From Fimicolochytrium jonesii (taxonomy: Eukaryota): 64,000 nucleotides of DNA. Each line of letters begins with the position of its first letter. Position 1 is the stretch's first letter. The stretch lies in contig NW_026515670.1 of assembly GCF_025526975.1 (NCBI RefSeq), forward strand, positions 310,001 through 374,000, read 5' to 3'. Shown here piece after piece: positions 39,015 to 52,663 of the stretch. The translations under genes were made by a program, and so were the position numbers. A model generated the notes under the pieces. That model was given only the letters and a program-made list of their open reading frames with translations, made no database searches and was not told the DNA's origin.

Positions 39015-39756
39015 TCAAACAACAAGATCGTAGACAACCTTCGCCGCCCCACCCAGCAAGCCAAGCAACCCGAGGTATCCAAACGAGCCCCGCAATCTCT
39101 TCTTCGGGTCGCCGGTCGCGTACCCCGTCGCATACAGCACGCGCGAGACGACCCACGTGGCGCCGCAGACGGAGGCGTACAGGGGCTGCGTGAGCGCGGT
39201 GGTGGCGTAGAGGACCAGGAAGACGGGGTACACTTCCAGGGTGTTTTGGTGGGCGCGTTGGGTGCTGTGGGGGTGGGGTTAGAGTGAGCGACGTGGACGT
39301 GTAAGTGAGGGCGGGGGGTGCGTTACCAGTTAAAGATATGCTTTTTGTTCTTCTTGACGTCCTTCTCGACGTCCTTGTCGATTTCGGAGCGTTCGGCGTA
39401 CACTAACCAAAGAGAAAATTCAGAACAGTTGGCCGACGCACGTGCGGGAGTCATGACGAGGGATATCAAACTCAAACTCATATCCCCCCTTCCCCTGCAC
39501 TCAATCGACAAGGTGGGACAGTACGTACTGTACGGGTACGGCACGTTGGCGGCCTTGCGCGCGCCGCCGACTTTGAAGGCGAGCCATTGGAGCGTTAGCG
39601 CGGAGGCTGCGGCGACGCCGAGGGCCTAGGATGATCACGCCGAGATAAAAAAAAAAAAAGACGGTGGCGTTAGTGTGCGTGCGGGGGTGTGAGATCGTGG
39701 GGAGGCAAACTCACGTAGCCGTGCTCGGGGGTGACGGTGAGGAGGAGGGGTGCCAT
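39015..39756 (-). CDS. MGST3: MAPEG-family microsomal glutathione S-transferase 3-like
   Basis: VGGARKAANVPYP, FNCTQRAHQNTLE, RVLYATGYATGDPKKR; 3 introns. Confidence 0.92.
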
Positions 39757-40318
39757 TTGCGTTCGTGGAGAGTAGGAGGGGGTGGTTGCGGGTTGGGTTG
39801 ATCTGGGGGTGTGGGGTCGAGGTGTCCCTTTTTATATGTGTGGGGGTTGTGCGACGCCGTCGCTTGATTACAGTACTCGCCACGTTACCCTTTTGGACGC
39901 GTTCGGATGTGAAGGGAACGGGAACACCGACACAGGAACAACTGACCTCGGAACCCGCTGGAGCTTGTAGGACAGGCGGACAGGCGGGCAACTCGTAGAA
40001 CTTGAAAGAACGATGATGCAGTCGGCAATGAAGCGGAAGCGGGATCTTCGACACCCTTCGCGTGACCTTCCCCGGCGCAGCCCGTCGGAGCTGTTCCCTA
40101 CCCCACCTTTCTCAAGTCCGGCGGAGTGCGCTCGCGCTCGAGCGAGGAGACGCCACGTTGGACGGACAAAGTTCCTATGGATTCAGTTTCATACAGTACA
40201 TACGTGTTCTACGGTCCCATAACACAAGATGTTAAAATTGCTGTTGATTAAACGCTACGAAGATGTACTGTATACAGTCTGCTCAGCTGCTATCCTACAG
40301 GCCACGCCGCACGCCCAT

Positions 40319-42345
40319 TTACAACTTTGGATTAGCGATTGCCCGTCCATAAACCAAAACATCATCCCCCCTCCCATCACCCCCCTCCTCCTCCTCGCCC
40401 AACCCCCCAACTAAATCCCCCACCCTCGCACACCACCTCCCCACAGCAACCCCACTCGCCTCCGCGTCCCCATGCCCCATCCCGCGCAACACAACCGCAT
40501 GCTCAACCAACAACGCCCCAATCAACACCCGTGCCATCGCGAACCCGAGCGTGCGCGCGTGTCGTTCACGGTAGCCGGGTGAGGCCGCTGGAAGGCGGGC
40601 GACGAAGCCTTCGATGCGTTCGAGGGCAGTGGTGAGGACGGCTACCGCGTGCGGGTACGTCTCCCTCCCCGTGTCGACCATCCCGCGCACCGTTTCCGCG
40701 TAAACAGGGAATGTGGTTGCGACGATTTTGAGGACGTCCAGCGCCTGGACGTTGGTCGTGCCCTCCCAGATCGCATTCACCTGCGCGTCCCGTAACTGCC
40801 GCGCCAGGCCGGTTTCTTCCATGTACCCTTGCCCCCCGCAGGCCTCGAGGGCTTCGGAGATGGCGGGGACGGCGGAGTGGCAGACGTACATTTTCAATAA
40901 CGGGGTTGTGAGGCGTAATAAGGTGGTTGAACGTTGCCGGGCGGCGGGGTGGGGGGAGCATTCGGATTCGCCGAGGAGTTTGACGGCGTAGAAGAGGAGG
41001 AGGGTGCATCCCCTGAGTGTGAGTGCGACCTCAGCCAGTGTCGCGGAATGCAACGGTTGTTCCTTAAGTCGTTTCCCAAACACGACTCGAGATTCTGCAT
41101 ACCCCTTTGCGATACTCAACGCGCGCTGGAGATGAGATGCGGCCCCCATCGCGCTGTAGATGCGCGTGATGTTCAGTATCACGCTAATGGTTGCAACGCC
41201 GCGGTTAGGTGTGCCGATGGGTGTTCCCGGTAGGTTATGGAGTTCGAGCTCAGCGGTGGGGAGGGCCCGTGTGCCTAGTTTGTTTTTGAGGCGGTGGATG
41301 CGGATGCCGTTCAATTCCCCATCGGGTTTGCGGAGCTCGGAGTAGAAGAGGGAGAGGCCTTTGGAGCCCGGCGTGCCTTTGTGCGTGGGCGACTCGAGCG
41401 TGCGGGCTAAGAGGAAGGTCATGTCGGAATCCGTGGCGGAGGAGAACCATTTGAAGCCCGAGACGCGCCAATCGTTATCATTGGTATCGGTCTTGACGGC
41501 AACGGTCTCGGTCCCGCCGACATCGGACCCGCCGGGGCGTTCAGTCATCCATTGCCCGCTTGTCCAGAACTGGGTCGGGTCACGACTTGTCAATCGTTTG
41601 AAGGCACCTTGCTTCATCTCCTCAGTTCCGTACAATTCGACCAAACGCGCGGCCCCGTCTGTCATTGCCAGCGGACACGAGTACATTGCCATGCTAGGAG
41701 TACGAGAAACGCGAGGTTAGTAACGGTACTCGATGGACGATACCCATCCACCATCCGCTCGCGACGAGGAGGTTCGGTTGGGTGGTGAGGGTAGTATTGC
41801 GCCTTTGGCGCAATGTGCCCCGCCTCATGGCTCGCCTGCATCAAACATCACTGCGCCGAGCGAACCCCACTTCGCTCGTCGATCACCCCCCTTCGGTCGT
41901 CGCAGTCGCTCGTCAATCGCTCACTCCGTTCGCTTTACCTAGGACTAGCAATGAACAATTTGGCAAACTGATAGATCCTAGCATGTTCCCCTAGATCCCT
42001 CCTCCCCTGATCATAAGCAATGGCCACCAATCCCTCCCTCGCGGCCATCCCCTTCATCCATCTCCATCCCTCACTCGTCTCCAACCTATCGACCCTCCTA
42101 CACCAATGGTCATACTGGGTGAGAGTGGGAGGGTGTCGTTCAGCGTTATCACCCCAGTGAGCAATATCGGACACGGCGCGTTGGCCGATGTTTATGAGGT
42201 CGGGGGTGATGCGGGTGAGGTGCGGGGCAGGGAGGTAGTGTGCGAGGATGCCCTGGAGGGCAGGGTCGGCGAGGTATTGGTTTTGGAGGGCGGGTGGGGT
42301 GAAGAGGAAGCCCGAGTCTGCGGTTGCCGGGGGTGGGGGAGTCAT
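40319..42345 (-). CDS. acyl-CoA dehydrogenase, AidB/ACD-11-like
   Basis: YSCPLAMTDGAA, GQWMTERPGGSDV, GFKWFSSA, RLKNKLGT, EACGGQGYMEE, IWEGTTNV; 1 intron. Confidence 0.93.
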
Positions 42346-42717
42346 GACGGCGAGTTGAGACGACCCTTGTGCCTATGGAAAGAGTAGTGGGCGGAGGGGG
42401 TTGCTCTCTGGGGGCGGCCATGGCTTCCGCCTCTGTTCTTTTGTATTGCGGGTGGGTCTGGTGGGTTGCAGCCTCAGGGCAGGGGGAAGTGGAGTCCGCG
42501 GGGTTCGCTCCTCTCGCCTTCCCACGCGCCGCCTCCCTCTCCTCCTGCTGCTGAGAGAACATCCGACTGTGCCCCCTCGCCCGCTCCCACACACAGACTA
42601 CACTGTCAGACTGTCGCTGCCTGAGTGAGTCCTCTTCATCTTCTCCCTCTCCAGTGAGCATGCCGTGAGCTTTTGCTGAAAGAACCCCGTCGTTCGAAAG
42701 ATAACCGCGCAGCCCGG

Positions 42718-44769
42718 ATGGGCCACCCGAAGCAGAACAGACCCCTCAAAAAACTGACGGCAGCTCACCAAAACAGCGTTGACCAAGACGACGGCGACGA
42801 CGACGACGACCTCAGTGGTGAAGGAGAGCAGAGCAGGAGGGACGGACGGACGCGCGCAGGAGCGGTGGAGATTGAAATGTCGCCCGTGTCCGCAATGTCG
42901 CCCCGCCGGACGTCGGCGGACAACCTCACTGAGAACGGGCGAATACCATCCGGGCGCCAGCCAGGATCACTAGAAAGCGGGGAACGGCCTTCAAACTTGG
43001 TACACCATCACCCCCGGCATCGCCACCGCCGCGCACCCGACCACGCCGCTCCCACACCTTCCGACCCCACTGCCCGCCGCCAAGCCTTCCTCCTCCTCCT
43101 CTGCCTCGTCCCCGAATCCATCCTCGAAGCCATGCTCGTCCCCCTCTACCCCTTCATCGTGCGCTCCCTCCCTGGCATCCCAGCCACCCAAACGGGCTAT
43201 TACACCGGCTTATTAGGCTCGGCCTTTTACGCCCCTTTGCTCGTCACCAACATCTTCTGGGGCCACCTGTCCGACCGGCACGGCCGCAAACCGGTGTTGA
43301 TGATGGGAATCGCGGCGGGCGGAGCTGCGGCGACGATGTTGACGTTTGGGAGATCGTTTGAGGTTATCTTGGTCGGGCGGTTTGTTGCGGGCCTGTTTGG
43401 AGCCAACTCGACGGTGACAAAGGGGATGCTGGGCGAGTTGTTTGTGGATGAGAGCGGGAGGGGATGGGCTTATGCGATGTACGGCGTGCAATATGGAGTC
43501 AGTGGGATCCTCGGCCCGTTTTTGGCCGGATTACTCGTTGATCCTGCGACCAAGTGGCCTGGCGTGTTTGCAAGCCCGTGGTGGAAGGAACGACCGTTTG
43601 CCCTTGCGTGCGGCGTTGGGGTCGCGTTGATGTGTCTCGGATTCCTCCTGCTCACGACCTGCGTGCATGAGCCGCGAAAGGCGCGCGTCGGGAGTTACGC
43701 GAAGCTGGACGGCGGCGACGAAGACCTCGACATCGACGGTGAAGAAATCGACGATTTCATGGACCAGGACACCGCAGCCGCACACCTCTCCAAATCAACC
43801 ACCCTCAAACCGTCTGGTGACACCGACCCAACCCCTTCCCCACACCACCCATCCTCCCTCTCCTCCCTCGACTCCGACTCCGACACCGAGGACCCCGCCT
43901 TCATCCCCACCGTCCAATCCTCAACATCCCTCCTCATCTCACCATCACCACGCCCCTCCTCAACCTCTACCCACCATACCCCCACCAACGCGCGATACCC
44001 CCTCCTAACCCGCCAAACCCTCCTCCCCATTGCCTTCTACTGCACAATCGCCTTCGTCAACATGATGGATTACGCCGCTCTTCCACTATTCTTCTCTTCC
44101 GGTTACATCGCCCCCTCCTCCCCCTCCCAGGGGTCACCACCCCAACCGCCCAGTGATACCCCGCAACCGATAATAGGCCTCCGCCTCTCCCCCACAACAA
44201 CATCCCTATACCTCTCCACCATCGCCATCACAAAGCTGGTCACGCAGCTGGTGTTGTTCAGACCTTTACTGGCGAAATTGGGGAAATGGGGCGCGTTCAG
44301 GGCAGGCGGCTGGTGTTTCTGTGTCGGGAATGCCGGGGTTGCGGTCTTGGTCGCCCTGTTTGCCAACACCTCCGCGACCCAGTCCCAGCAACACCCTCTC
44401 CATGCGGAGAGGATACCACCACCCCAGCAACAACCGGAACCCCACGATCTGTTGTTTCTCTACATCCTCCCCCCGCTCCTCACCCTCGGCCTCGCGGAAG
44501 TCGCGGGTTACCTCTCCATCATCATCCTCATCACCGACTCCGTGTCCCCGCTCTACCTCGGTGCCGCGCACGGTCTCGCTTCCACTTGTGCGGCCGGGGT
44601 ACGGGCGGTGGCGCCGGGGGTGGCCGGGAGCGTGTGGGAGTGGGGGAGCGGGGTTGTGGGGTATACGGGAGGTGGAGCGCACGGGTGGGTGGGGTGGGGG
44701 AGTGTGGTGTTTGTAGGCGCGGCCGGGGTGGCGGCGGGGGTTGTCGGGTTGGTTGGGTTGGTTAAGTAG
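42718..44769 (+). CDS. MFS transporter (start uncertain)
   Basis: WGHLSDRHGRKPVL motif A, GRFVAGLF, ~12 hydrophobic helices. Confidence 0.92.
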   Translation: MGHPKQNRPLKKLTAAHQNSVDQDDGDDDDDLSGEGEQSRRDGRTRAGAVEIEMSPVSAMSPRRTSADNLTENGRIPSGRQPGSLESGERPSNLVHHHPRHRHRRAPDHAAPTPSDPTARRQAFLLLLCLVPESILEAMLVPLYPFIVRSLPGIPATQTGYYTGLLGSAFYAPLLVTNIFWGHLSDRHGRKPVLMMGIAAGGAAATMLTFGRSFEVILVGRFVAGLFGANSTVTKGMLGELFVDESGRGWAYAMYGVQYGVSGILGPFLAGLLVDPATKWPGVFASPWWKERPFALACGVGVALMCLGFLLLTTCVHEPRKARVGSYAKLDGGDEDLDIDGEEIDDFMDQDTAAAHLSKSTTLKPSGDTDPTPSPHHPSSLSSLDSDSDTEDPAFIPTVQSSTSLLISPSPRPSSTSTHHTPTNARYPLLTRQTLLPIAFYCTIAFVNMMDYAALPLFFSSGYIAPSSPSQGSPPQPPSDTPQPIIGLRLSPTTTSLYLSTIAITKLVTQLVLFRPLLAKLGKWGAFRAGGWCFCVGNAGVAVLVALFANTSATQSQQHPLHAERIPPPQQQPEPHDLLFLYILPPLLTLGLAEVAGYLSIIILITDSVSPLYLGAAHGLASTCAAGVRAVAPGVAGSVWEWGSGVVGYTGGGAHGWVGWGSVVFVGAAGVAAGVVGLVGLVK

Positions 44770-47700
44770 GGGATAATGTAGATGTTGGGTTTAGGTAGGA
44801 GCCGGGGGGACGTACGTTTTCCCCGTCCTCACCCATTTTTTTGGGGCATGATGAACTCCTTCACGCCATCAGACTTGATCCAAAGACAGCGATGTGTTCC
44901 CTTTTGAAGCAAGTACATGAGCTGGAATAACTATACCCTACCATCGTTTCGTGCGATCATCTTTGGTGCAGACGAGGTGGAATCGAAAACGTCACAGTCT
45001 TATGCGAGAGAGAATGAAGGATACAGTACGCGGGCACTATATACTGTACAGATATCGCTCTATGGGATTCCGCGGACGGCTGCCCCATCATGCATGACAC
45101 GTTCCTCTTCGTCGACTGCCATCGACGGTATCCGTTCAAACGACATACCATGAGCGGCGACATCCCACCGGGAAACACCGCATTGGTCACCCCCACACGG
45201 TGGACGCTGCCGCTGTGCGTTTGGAGGTACAGTATACTCCGATGCTCGGCCCCTCGGTTGCTCACTCGGCGGGTCTGAAACGGTGGGGAAGGGTACGGTA
45301 CTGTGGCCGTTTAGCTGGACTACAGTACTGTACAGTATGCAGTTCAGCGAAGACGCATCCCCGCTTGCAAACATCCACCGGAGGCGTGCACGACGACGGG
45401 CTGAATCACAGAGCTACGGTAAACGGGTCAGCACACAGTCTGACGGCATCATGACAAGGTGATAGAGGAGCGGGGACCCCAGTCCTCGTACCGCCACCTG
45501 ACCTACAGTATGGGCACAAATGACCCCCGGCATTCTCGCACCATTTGCTCCCGAAAACGCCAATGACGAAACAGTGCGTCCCCGTCACCTTGATGAGCCG
45601 GTTCACCCCATGCTTCTGGGGATCCGGAAAATCAGCGGGGTGCGCATCGTTCGGTTTGTAATGGTACGAGCAGCGGCGATTCCCGGGTTGTGGCCCCGAG
45701 TCGAGCAAGCAAGGGGAGCTGATATGTTCCGGTCTCGGGAGCTTCCCCTCTGCCCCACGTACATACAGTACATGGCCGAAACCGCAGAGTGCGTTCCGCC
45801 GCGCGAAACACTGCCTGCATCCCCTGAGAACAGGGGGACCGCTGCTGGTCTTTTATGCATTTTGTGCTCGGTGGTCGACGTTCAGGTGGGCATGCGAAGG
45901 CGACGTCATGCCCGTCGTCGCTCATCAGACTCACGTCTGGGTCGTTGTTCGTGTCGTGGCGGGGTGAGAATCGGGAGATGCTTGATTCCCATCCCCATTC
46001 CGTGCTGCGTCAATTGCAGATCATTTCAGGTCCCCAAATGCCGAGATGGGCTGGTATTCCGGATACAGCGGAGATAAACCCAGCGATACTGTACAGTACT
46101 ATCCTCGGTACGCTCGCGACTGGAGCACCATTCTGTGCCTGCGTGACCGACCCAAAGGAGCACCCGATACTACGCGGCAACTTGACTGAGAGCGTTTTTT
46201 GTCCGTCGCCATCAAGGCGGGCCCTCCAACCTTACAACATGGCGACGAAGTGGGGCCGTTTGATGTTCCTGTACGTCCGGAGATCCCCCCAGTCCCTCCC
46301 GCAAGCTGAACGCCATCAAAGTTCGCAATCTTTACTGTACATACGCCTGCGCAGGTGTTTCGAGTCCTGTATGTCGAGCAGCCAGACAGGTCGCTTCGCG
46401 AACCAGATACAAATTAGCAAGCCGTCGAACCACTGTCGATGGAGGTAGCAGGTACCGTGTTACAGGTCTGATCGTCAGAACATATTCGGCTTTCCGATAT
46501 GAGGGCTGAACGATACCGATGTTCCTCATCCGCGCATGGACAGATATGTCACCAGCCAACCACCCGTTCCGACGCCAAAAGCCGATCTCTGCAAAGACGC
46601 CAACAAAAAAAAGTCGCAGTGATGACACGAAACAACATGGCGTTCGCCTCAAGCCCCCCTCCTCGTATTCACCCCAACCCTCCCATTCATAAATAAAAAA
46701 AACCCCAGTCACCCCGGAGGCTCCCCCCGCCCTGCCGATCCCGTTTTCCAGATGTGTACCTGTGTTCGCCGCGCCCCTCCGGTCCCTTTGGATTGTGGCC
46801 CTGCGATCTATGGCGCGCGCGCCCGAATTGCATGGCGATTGTGCCCGGATATAATAAGTGGCAGTTCATGCTTCTTGAAAAGGGCGGCGGGCGTTATCTT
46901 GGGGACACAGGTGTGAGCGGTGTGTGTGCATGCGACCGTGGTGGTTGGACAATCTTATCTCTGGTAGGTTTTTGGTTTCGCTTGGGAAGGGAAGGCGTGG
47001 CTGGTTTGGGCAAAGTCACCATCTCGCGCTCCGCACATGGGGAACCAATGCTACGGCTCGCCCACGGCGATGGGATTCGGGGAGGGTTTTGGGGTCTCAG
47101 CCTCTCGTCGTGGGTCTTTCACAGCGGGCACGAGAATGCGTTGTGGGAAGTGGGTCCGGAGCACCCGCGCACGACAGCTCGGTACCTCCCTCCCAGCCAT
47201 CGGACTTTCTCCATCCCATCCAAGCCCCCATCGTCCCGGCAGACCTCGCACACAGTTCGGGCCGTCGTTTCCAATCGTATCCCAGTGGCACCCAAATAAT
47301 CCAATAATAATCCCACTCAACCCAAACTCGAAGCCATCTTCAAAAGCCCCAACAAAAAGATTTCGTCATGGGTGCGCAACCACCATCCATCCGACCCATG
47401 TCTCCCCCCTCCCACGATCACAGTGGCAATACGGCCACAAAAACCCGACTCGCTGAGTCGCTGAGCAAAGCCACCGTGGTTACACTTTTTCATTCCCACC
47501 GCCGGAGGGGGCAATGAGATGGATTGTGTTTCGTGATGGCGGGCTGGCCATGATTGTCCCCGGTTTACGCTGGGCGGTGCGTAGATATGATACTGAACGT
47601 GGGATGAATACCCGGCTGATATTGCGGAATTGGGCTGGTCATTTGGCTGATGAATCTCTCTTCGACACTGGGTCCGCACGTCGCGAGAACCAATCTACGT

Positions 47701-48672
47701 ATTACAATACCCACTCTCGGAGGTCACAATATACCCTTCTTGAACAACGGATGACCACCGGCCGTCAGAGAATGCGCGCATCAAACGCCACCAACGGAAA
47801 AGGTTGGATGCGCAGAGGAAAGCCAAACGGCTGAACAAAAAGTGTGCATGCAACACAGCACTGCTCGTCATGGAACACCAGACGAGACGATCCCAGCCCA
47901 GTGCACATCACCCGTCAGCCGGTACACGTCGTAGTGCGGATCCCACATCCCAGCGTGACGGATCAGGACAATGACCGAATGGGCGAACCGAACAGGAAAC
48001 GCATTCAGCAGAATAGCCCTTCTGGAATGGTATTGTCTATCTCAACGTACAGTGCGAAAAGATATCGCTGAACTGTCCCCCGTACATTCAGTGTTCCCCA
48101 ACTTAACGCTCTAAGTCCCCACATAACATCTATACGAAAGGCCCGCAAATGAGAGCGTCTGAGGCCGTGGGAGACGGTTTTCGCATCCTTACCCTCCCGT
48201 AAGCTTTCGTCATGATCCTCTCTCTCCCATAAGCTACAGTATCATCGCCATCCGCGAACCTGACAGACAGAAAGACAGGAGGGCCGCGGGCGATCGGGTG
48301 TATGATTCAACGTGCGGGTGTGTCCTGCAAGGGGCGGAACGTGGTGGAAACATTTTCTCTCAACCCATCTCTCTGTTTCATTTCGCGGGCACAAGAAGCT
48401 TACTTCAACTTTCTGCCTGCGATATACCCTGAAATCCGTATGGAAACCGTCCCTCCCCCCACCTTCAATGTCCTTTTTGGCTATAGAAAAAGATACGGGG
48501 GATGGATCTAAGCCCTGCTCCCGACCGACCGCCAAAAAAAAAGTGGGCGGCATAAAAGAGAAAGCTGGCTTGCTGCGTTCCCCCTCCCGACGGTACTTCA
48601 GATTTTCTGGAACCGGTTTAATTGTATCTCGCTCCCTCCGTGTTGTGGACGCATTCCAATTCCTGCAAAACC

Positions 48673-48674
<2 letters not shown>

Positions 48675-48710
<36 letters not shown>
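48675..48710 (+). repeat. (AC)n microsatellite
   Basis: About 18 perfect AC units. Confidence 0.95.
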
Positions 48711-48712
<2 letters not shown>

Positions 48713-50729
48713 AAACCCCAAATTGGTTTCGGTTCGTTCGGAAACCCGGAAGCTATCATCTATCGACACATTTCGGGCTCGTTACGTTGCACCGGCGAGC
48801 GCAGTTTGGAATACCCAACGTTCCTCTCCTCGAGTGTCATCTGGAGTCGGGACCCATTCAACCCGCACCGCGCAATACCCCAATATCCTTCATCGTCGTC
48901 GGCCATCACCGCCACGGACGTTACATAACAGCACACCGCAAGAAGGGGTTGTCGTACACCGTTCATCAAGGTTTTGGCACAAACGCGCGCGCTTTCAACT
49001 TTCAAGGTTGTTACATCGTATATCGCTTATATTGCGCGCGCCACCCCTTTCGTCGGCGACATTTATCCCGTCGGCATACACATACATACAAGAAGGTTTG
49101 GCTTTCACCACCCCGTCGGTCGCAAGCAAGCAAGCAAGCGCCAAGCCGCCTTCCAGTTCCCCCCCTCAACGGCCCAAACTGTAAAAGCTTTCCTCCCGTC
49201 GGGTCTGAGCTATACCCCTCTCTGCCCCTGCGAACGGCCATCCCCTTTTTACCCCAACACTCCGGCTCGTTCCACACCACAGATCGCTCGGTCGGTATAC
49301 CGCAACCCTCGCACAACACCGACTCGGGATCCCCCGGAACGGTTCAGGGACGATTTCAACGGAAAAGGGTGTTCTTTCCGACATCGCACATACCCCATCT
49401 AAGATATTAGCCACGGCAACACCTCTACGACTCGTCTTCCCGCACATATAAGACCTGGGGAGGGTGCTAGCTCGTGCCAGTATCGCAAAAACGCCTCGAC
49501 CCCGTCTGCATCGCTTTCGTGGCTTACGCCTTGCTTTGCACACCATACGACCCTTCGTTCGCGCATCGCACGCATACCCTTCCGAGCAGTTTACTCGCAA
49601 GAGATAACCAGCCTGCCTTTATCACCATCCATCCACCCTCGCGATATCTCTTCCTCACGTTGTTGTCCCTTTGCCTGTCAAGCCGAGATTACGCGTGTGC
49701 CCAATTGATCGCCGGAACACGCACGCAACACGCACGTTCTTCTTCCTGGTCCTGTTCCCATCCGCTATCGGGACCCCCGTATCCCATAGGAACCAACACA
49801 CACACACACACACCCACGCACACTCACTGGCATAAGCCCAGGGTCCTCCCCGCAACCCCAAAGAGACAACATACTATCTCTTGCAAGCCTCTCCTCGCAC
49901 AAAGCCTCCGTCGTCTCTCATCACTGAGTGAGGACATACAGTACCCTCCAGTAGTTTCCTTCGGCTTGTGTAAAAGATCATCGTCGTGGTGTGGGGATCG
50001 TATCTCGCCCCCCAAGCAAGAGTCGGTTGCGATTGGCGTGCGCATGTACAAGAACCTCCCGAGTTCATACACTTCCTCCTCCGTTTGTGGGAAGTGCATG
50101 TACTGTATATATATTCACGATCTGGCACTGAGGATCGGTCCGCTTGACTGTGCAACAGACCTGCCCGCATATTCCCCAAGTCCTCCTTCCCCGGGGGCCT
50201 TCTCATCATCATCGGCCGTCACCCACGACATAGTACGGTATACTAGTACGTAGGGTTCATCGCAAGGTTCACTCACCGCGCTCCCATTCCTTCACGGGAG
50301 AAGTGTGGCGTCGGAAATCAAGGGAGGCCAAGAGAACGCGTCGAGTCATCTCTCTCACACACGGAGGGAGTAGGGTCTGCTGCGCCACCTGACAGCGTCC
50401 CGCTTCGACAGTATCCCCCATCGCGCTGTCAGCATCCGATCTAGTATCAAGCGTCAGGCTGCTTTCATCCGCTACTTACTACTAGTAGTGCCTGCCTGCA
50501 AACACTCGTATCTGACGGAGCACCGCCCCGCAATAACACCCACTCGGCAATCTTAATCAATCCCTCCGTGTTCGCATCCACCACGCGCCCCCCCCCCCCC
50601 CCGCCCTCTCAGTTAAACCTTACGCCCGCCCACAAAAACGCAAACTTGCAATAGTACTCCTAGTACGTTTCGCAAGCGGTCAAGGCACTCCCATTACAAC
50701 TCAGCATCATCACTTGTCAACCGCTATTT

Positions 50730-50753
50730 CCCCCCCCCCCCCCCCCCCCCCCC
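50730..50753 (+). repeat. poly-C tract (a second, shorter tract at ~50588-50601)
   Basis: Directly visible upstream of the kinase gene. Confidence 0.9.
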
Positions 50754-51156
50754 GCCCCCTTCGGATCTAATCATCGTTGATCAGAACGCACTGGCAAAAA
50801 GGGGGGCTTATAACTTGCGACAAACCCGACATCATAACAACCCGTCCATCTATATCCATCCCGATCCCACTTCCCGCCATCGCACATTCCCCGCCCGTGG
50901 GAGAGGCATCATAGCAACAGCAAGAACCACAAGATACGTAGAAAGAAAAGGTCCCTACCACCGTCATCATCCGCCCGTCCAAAAGAGATCAGAAGCAGTG
51001 TGCGCAGTCTCTTTCGGCCCGCCATATATATCTCCTTCTTACGAATCGCTCGATCCCCAACCGACGACGAACGATTTCGCATCTGAACTATACCCTTGAA
51101 TGAGACTGCATCTCATAACTGCATTCTACCCTTCCACAAAGCATTCCTACCGCACG

Positions 51157-52663
51157 ATGCATGTCTCATCCTCATCAGCACAAACGGCCTTCGACGATGA
51201 CCTCCACGGCAGCGCTCAAGCCCCCGAAAACTTCACCCTGCCCACCCTTCCCACGCTCAAGATCACCTCCCTGATCAACTCGGGGTCCTTCGCTACCGTC
51301 TACGAGGCCATCGATACCTGCTCGCGCGAGCGGTATGCGGTCAAGGTGCTGTCCAAGAGCAATCTGAGCAAGACGCATATGGAGACGCTGTGGAGGGAGG
51401 TTGGGATTATGAAGCGGATTCAGGCTGAGCGGGTGCCTGGGGTTGTGAAGCTGTTTAGGGTCGTGGAGAATGAGCATTGGTTGTTTTTGGTGCTGGAGTA
51501 TTGTGAGATTGATCTCTATGATGTGAGTATCGTTGCATTGCCCGGGACAGCACTTGGGATCATCGGTCTACTCTTTGTTGAATGCGTCCTCATCATCATC
51601 CTACCTCCATTCCTCCCAGGCCATCACGGAATCAAAACTACCAGCCCATGCCGTACTTCCCATCTTCCATGCGCTCTGCCGAACCCTGACCCACCTCCAC
51701 TCCCTCTCCATCTACCATCGCGACATCAAGCCCGAAAACATCCTCCTCACATCCCCGCACAGCGCCAACGGCTACTCCCACTCCCGCCGCGTCCGCCTCG
51801 CCGACTTTGGCCTCTCCACAATCTACCCGTGCTCAACCGACCTCGGCTGCGGGTCCAGCCGCTATATGGCGCCAGAATGCCTACCCAACGCACGGAAATG
51901 CGCATGCTCAACAGACAGCGGGGCCTTCAACTCCGACCAAGACGACGACGACTGCGACATCGCCCGCGCAGATCCATACGACTGCGCCAAAGCCGATGCA
52001 TGGTCCCTCGGTGTCGTCCTCGTCAACCTGGTCACGGGCAAGAACCCCTGGTACGAGGCCGACCTGTCCGACCCGCTGTACGCCGCGTACCTGTCAGGCA
52101 AGCCCGTGCTCCGCCACACGTTTGGATTTTCGGAAAAGTTCGACAATGTCGTGAGGTCGATCCTCGATCCGAACCCGGCTACAAGATGTGCCGTGCGTGA
52201 TGTGTGGGAGAAGGTCAAGGCCGTCCGCAAGATCTTTGACCCCATACCCCCGGAGGTCCCGCTCCCCGTCACATCGTCATCGTCACCGGTCGTCGTCGAA
52301 ACCCTCCCAAAAACCGTGATCGTAACCCCCACTTCATCCTGCTCCTCCACTAACGTATCAGCGGCCGTCAACCCCCGCATCGCCGGCCTGCAACTAACCC
52401 ACGACGCCGACTTCTACCGCCCCTCCACGCCCCCGATCAATACACTCACAACCTGCTCCTCCGCCCCAACAAACATCACAACAACATCCTCCCTCTTCAC
52501 CGCCTCGCCGCCGCGGTACATTGCGACCAACGGCGCGATGCATGACTCGGGCTTCGAGTCGGAGGAGCTGTGTGAGGTGTTTGGGAAGGAGGAGTGTTGT
52601 ACGATCGCGTCGCCGGGGAGGGAGGACGATGAGGATGTCTTTATGTTTGATGCGCGGGTTTGA
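51157..52663 (+). CDS. Ser/Thr protein kinase, Ran1/Pat1-Sks1/Vhs1-Ksp1 family
   Basis: SGSFATVY, YAVKVL, HRDIKPEN, LADFGL, GCGSSRYMAPEC, DAWSLGVVLVNLVTGKNPW; intron ~51523-51619. Confidence 0.92.

Noticed and set aside
48312..50253. Long ORFs of 260-290 aa in the desert
   Set aside because: No domains, they run through AC microsatellites, and they overlap in several frames as expected for GC-rich chance ORFs.
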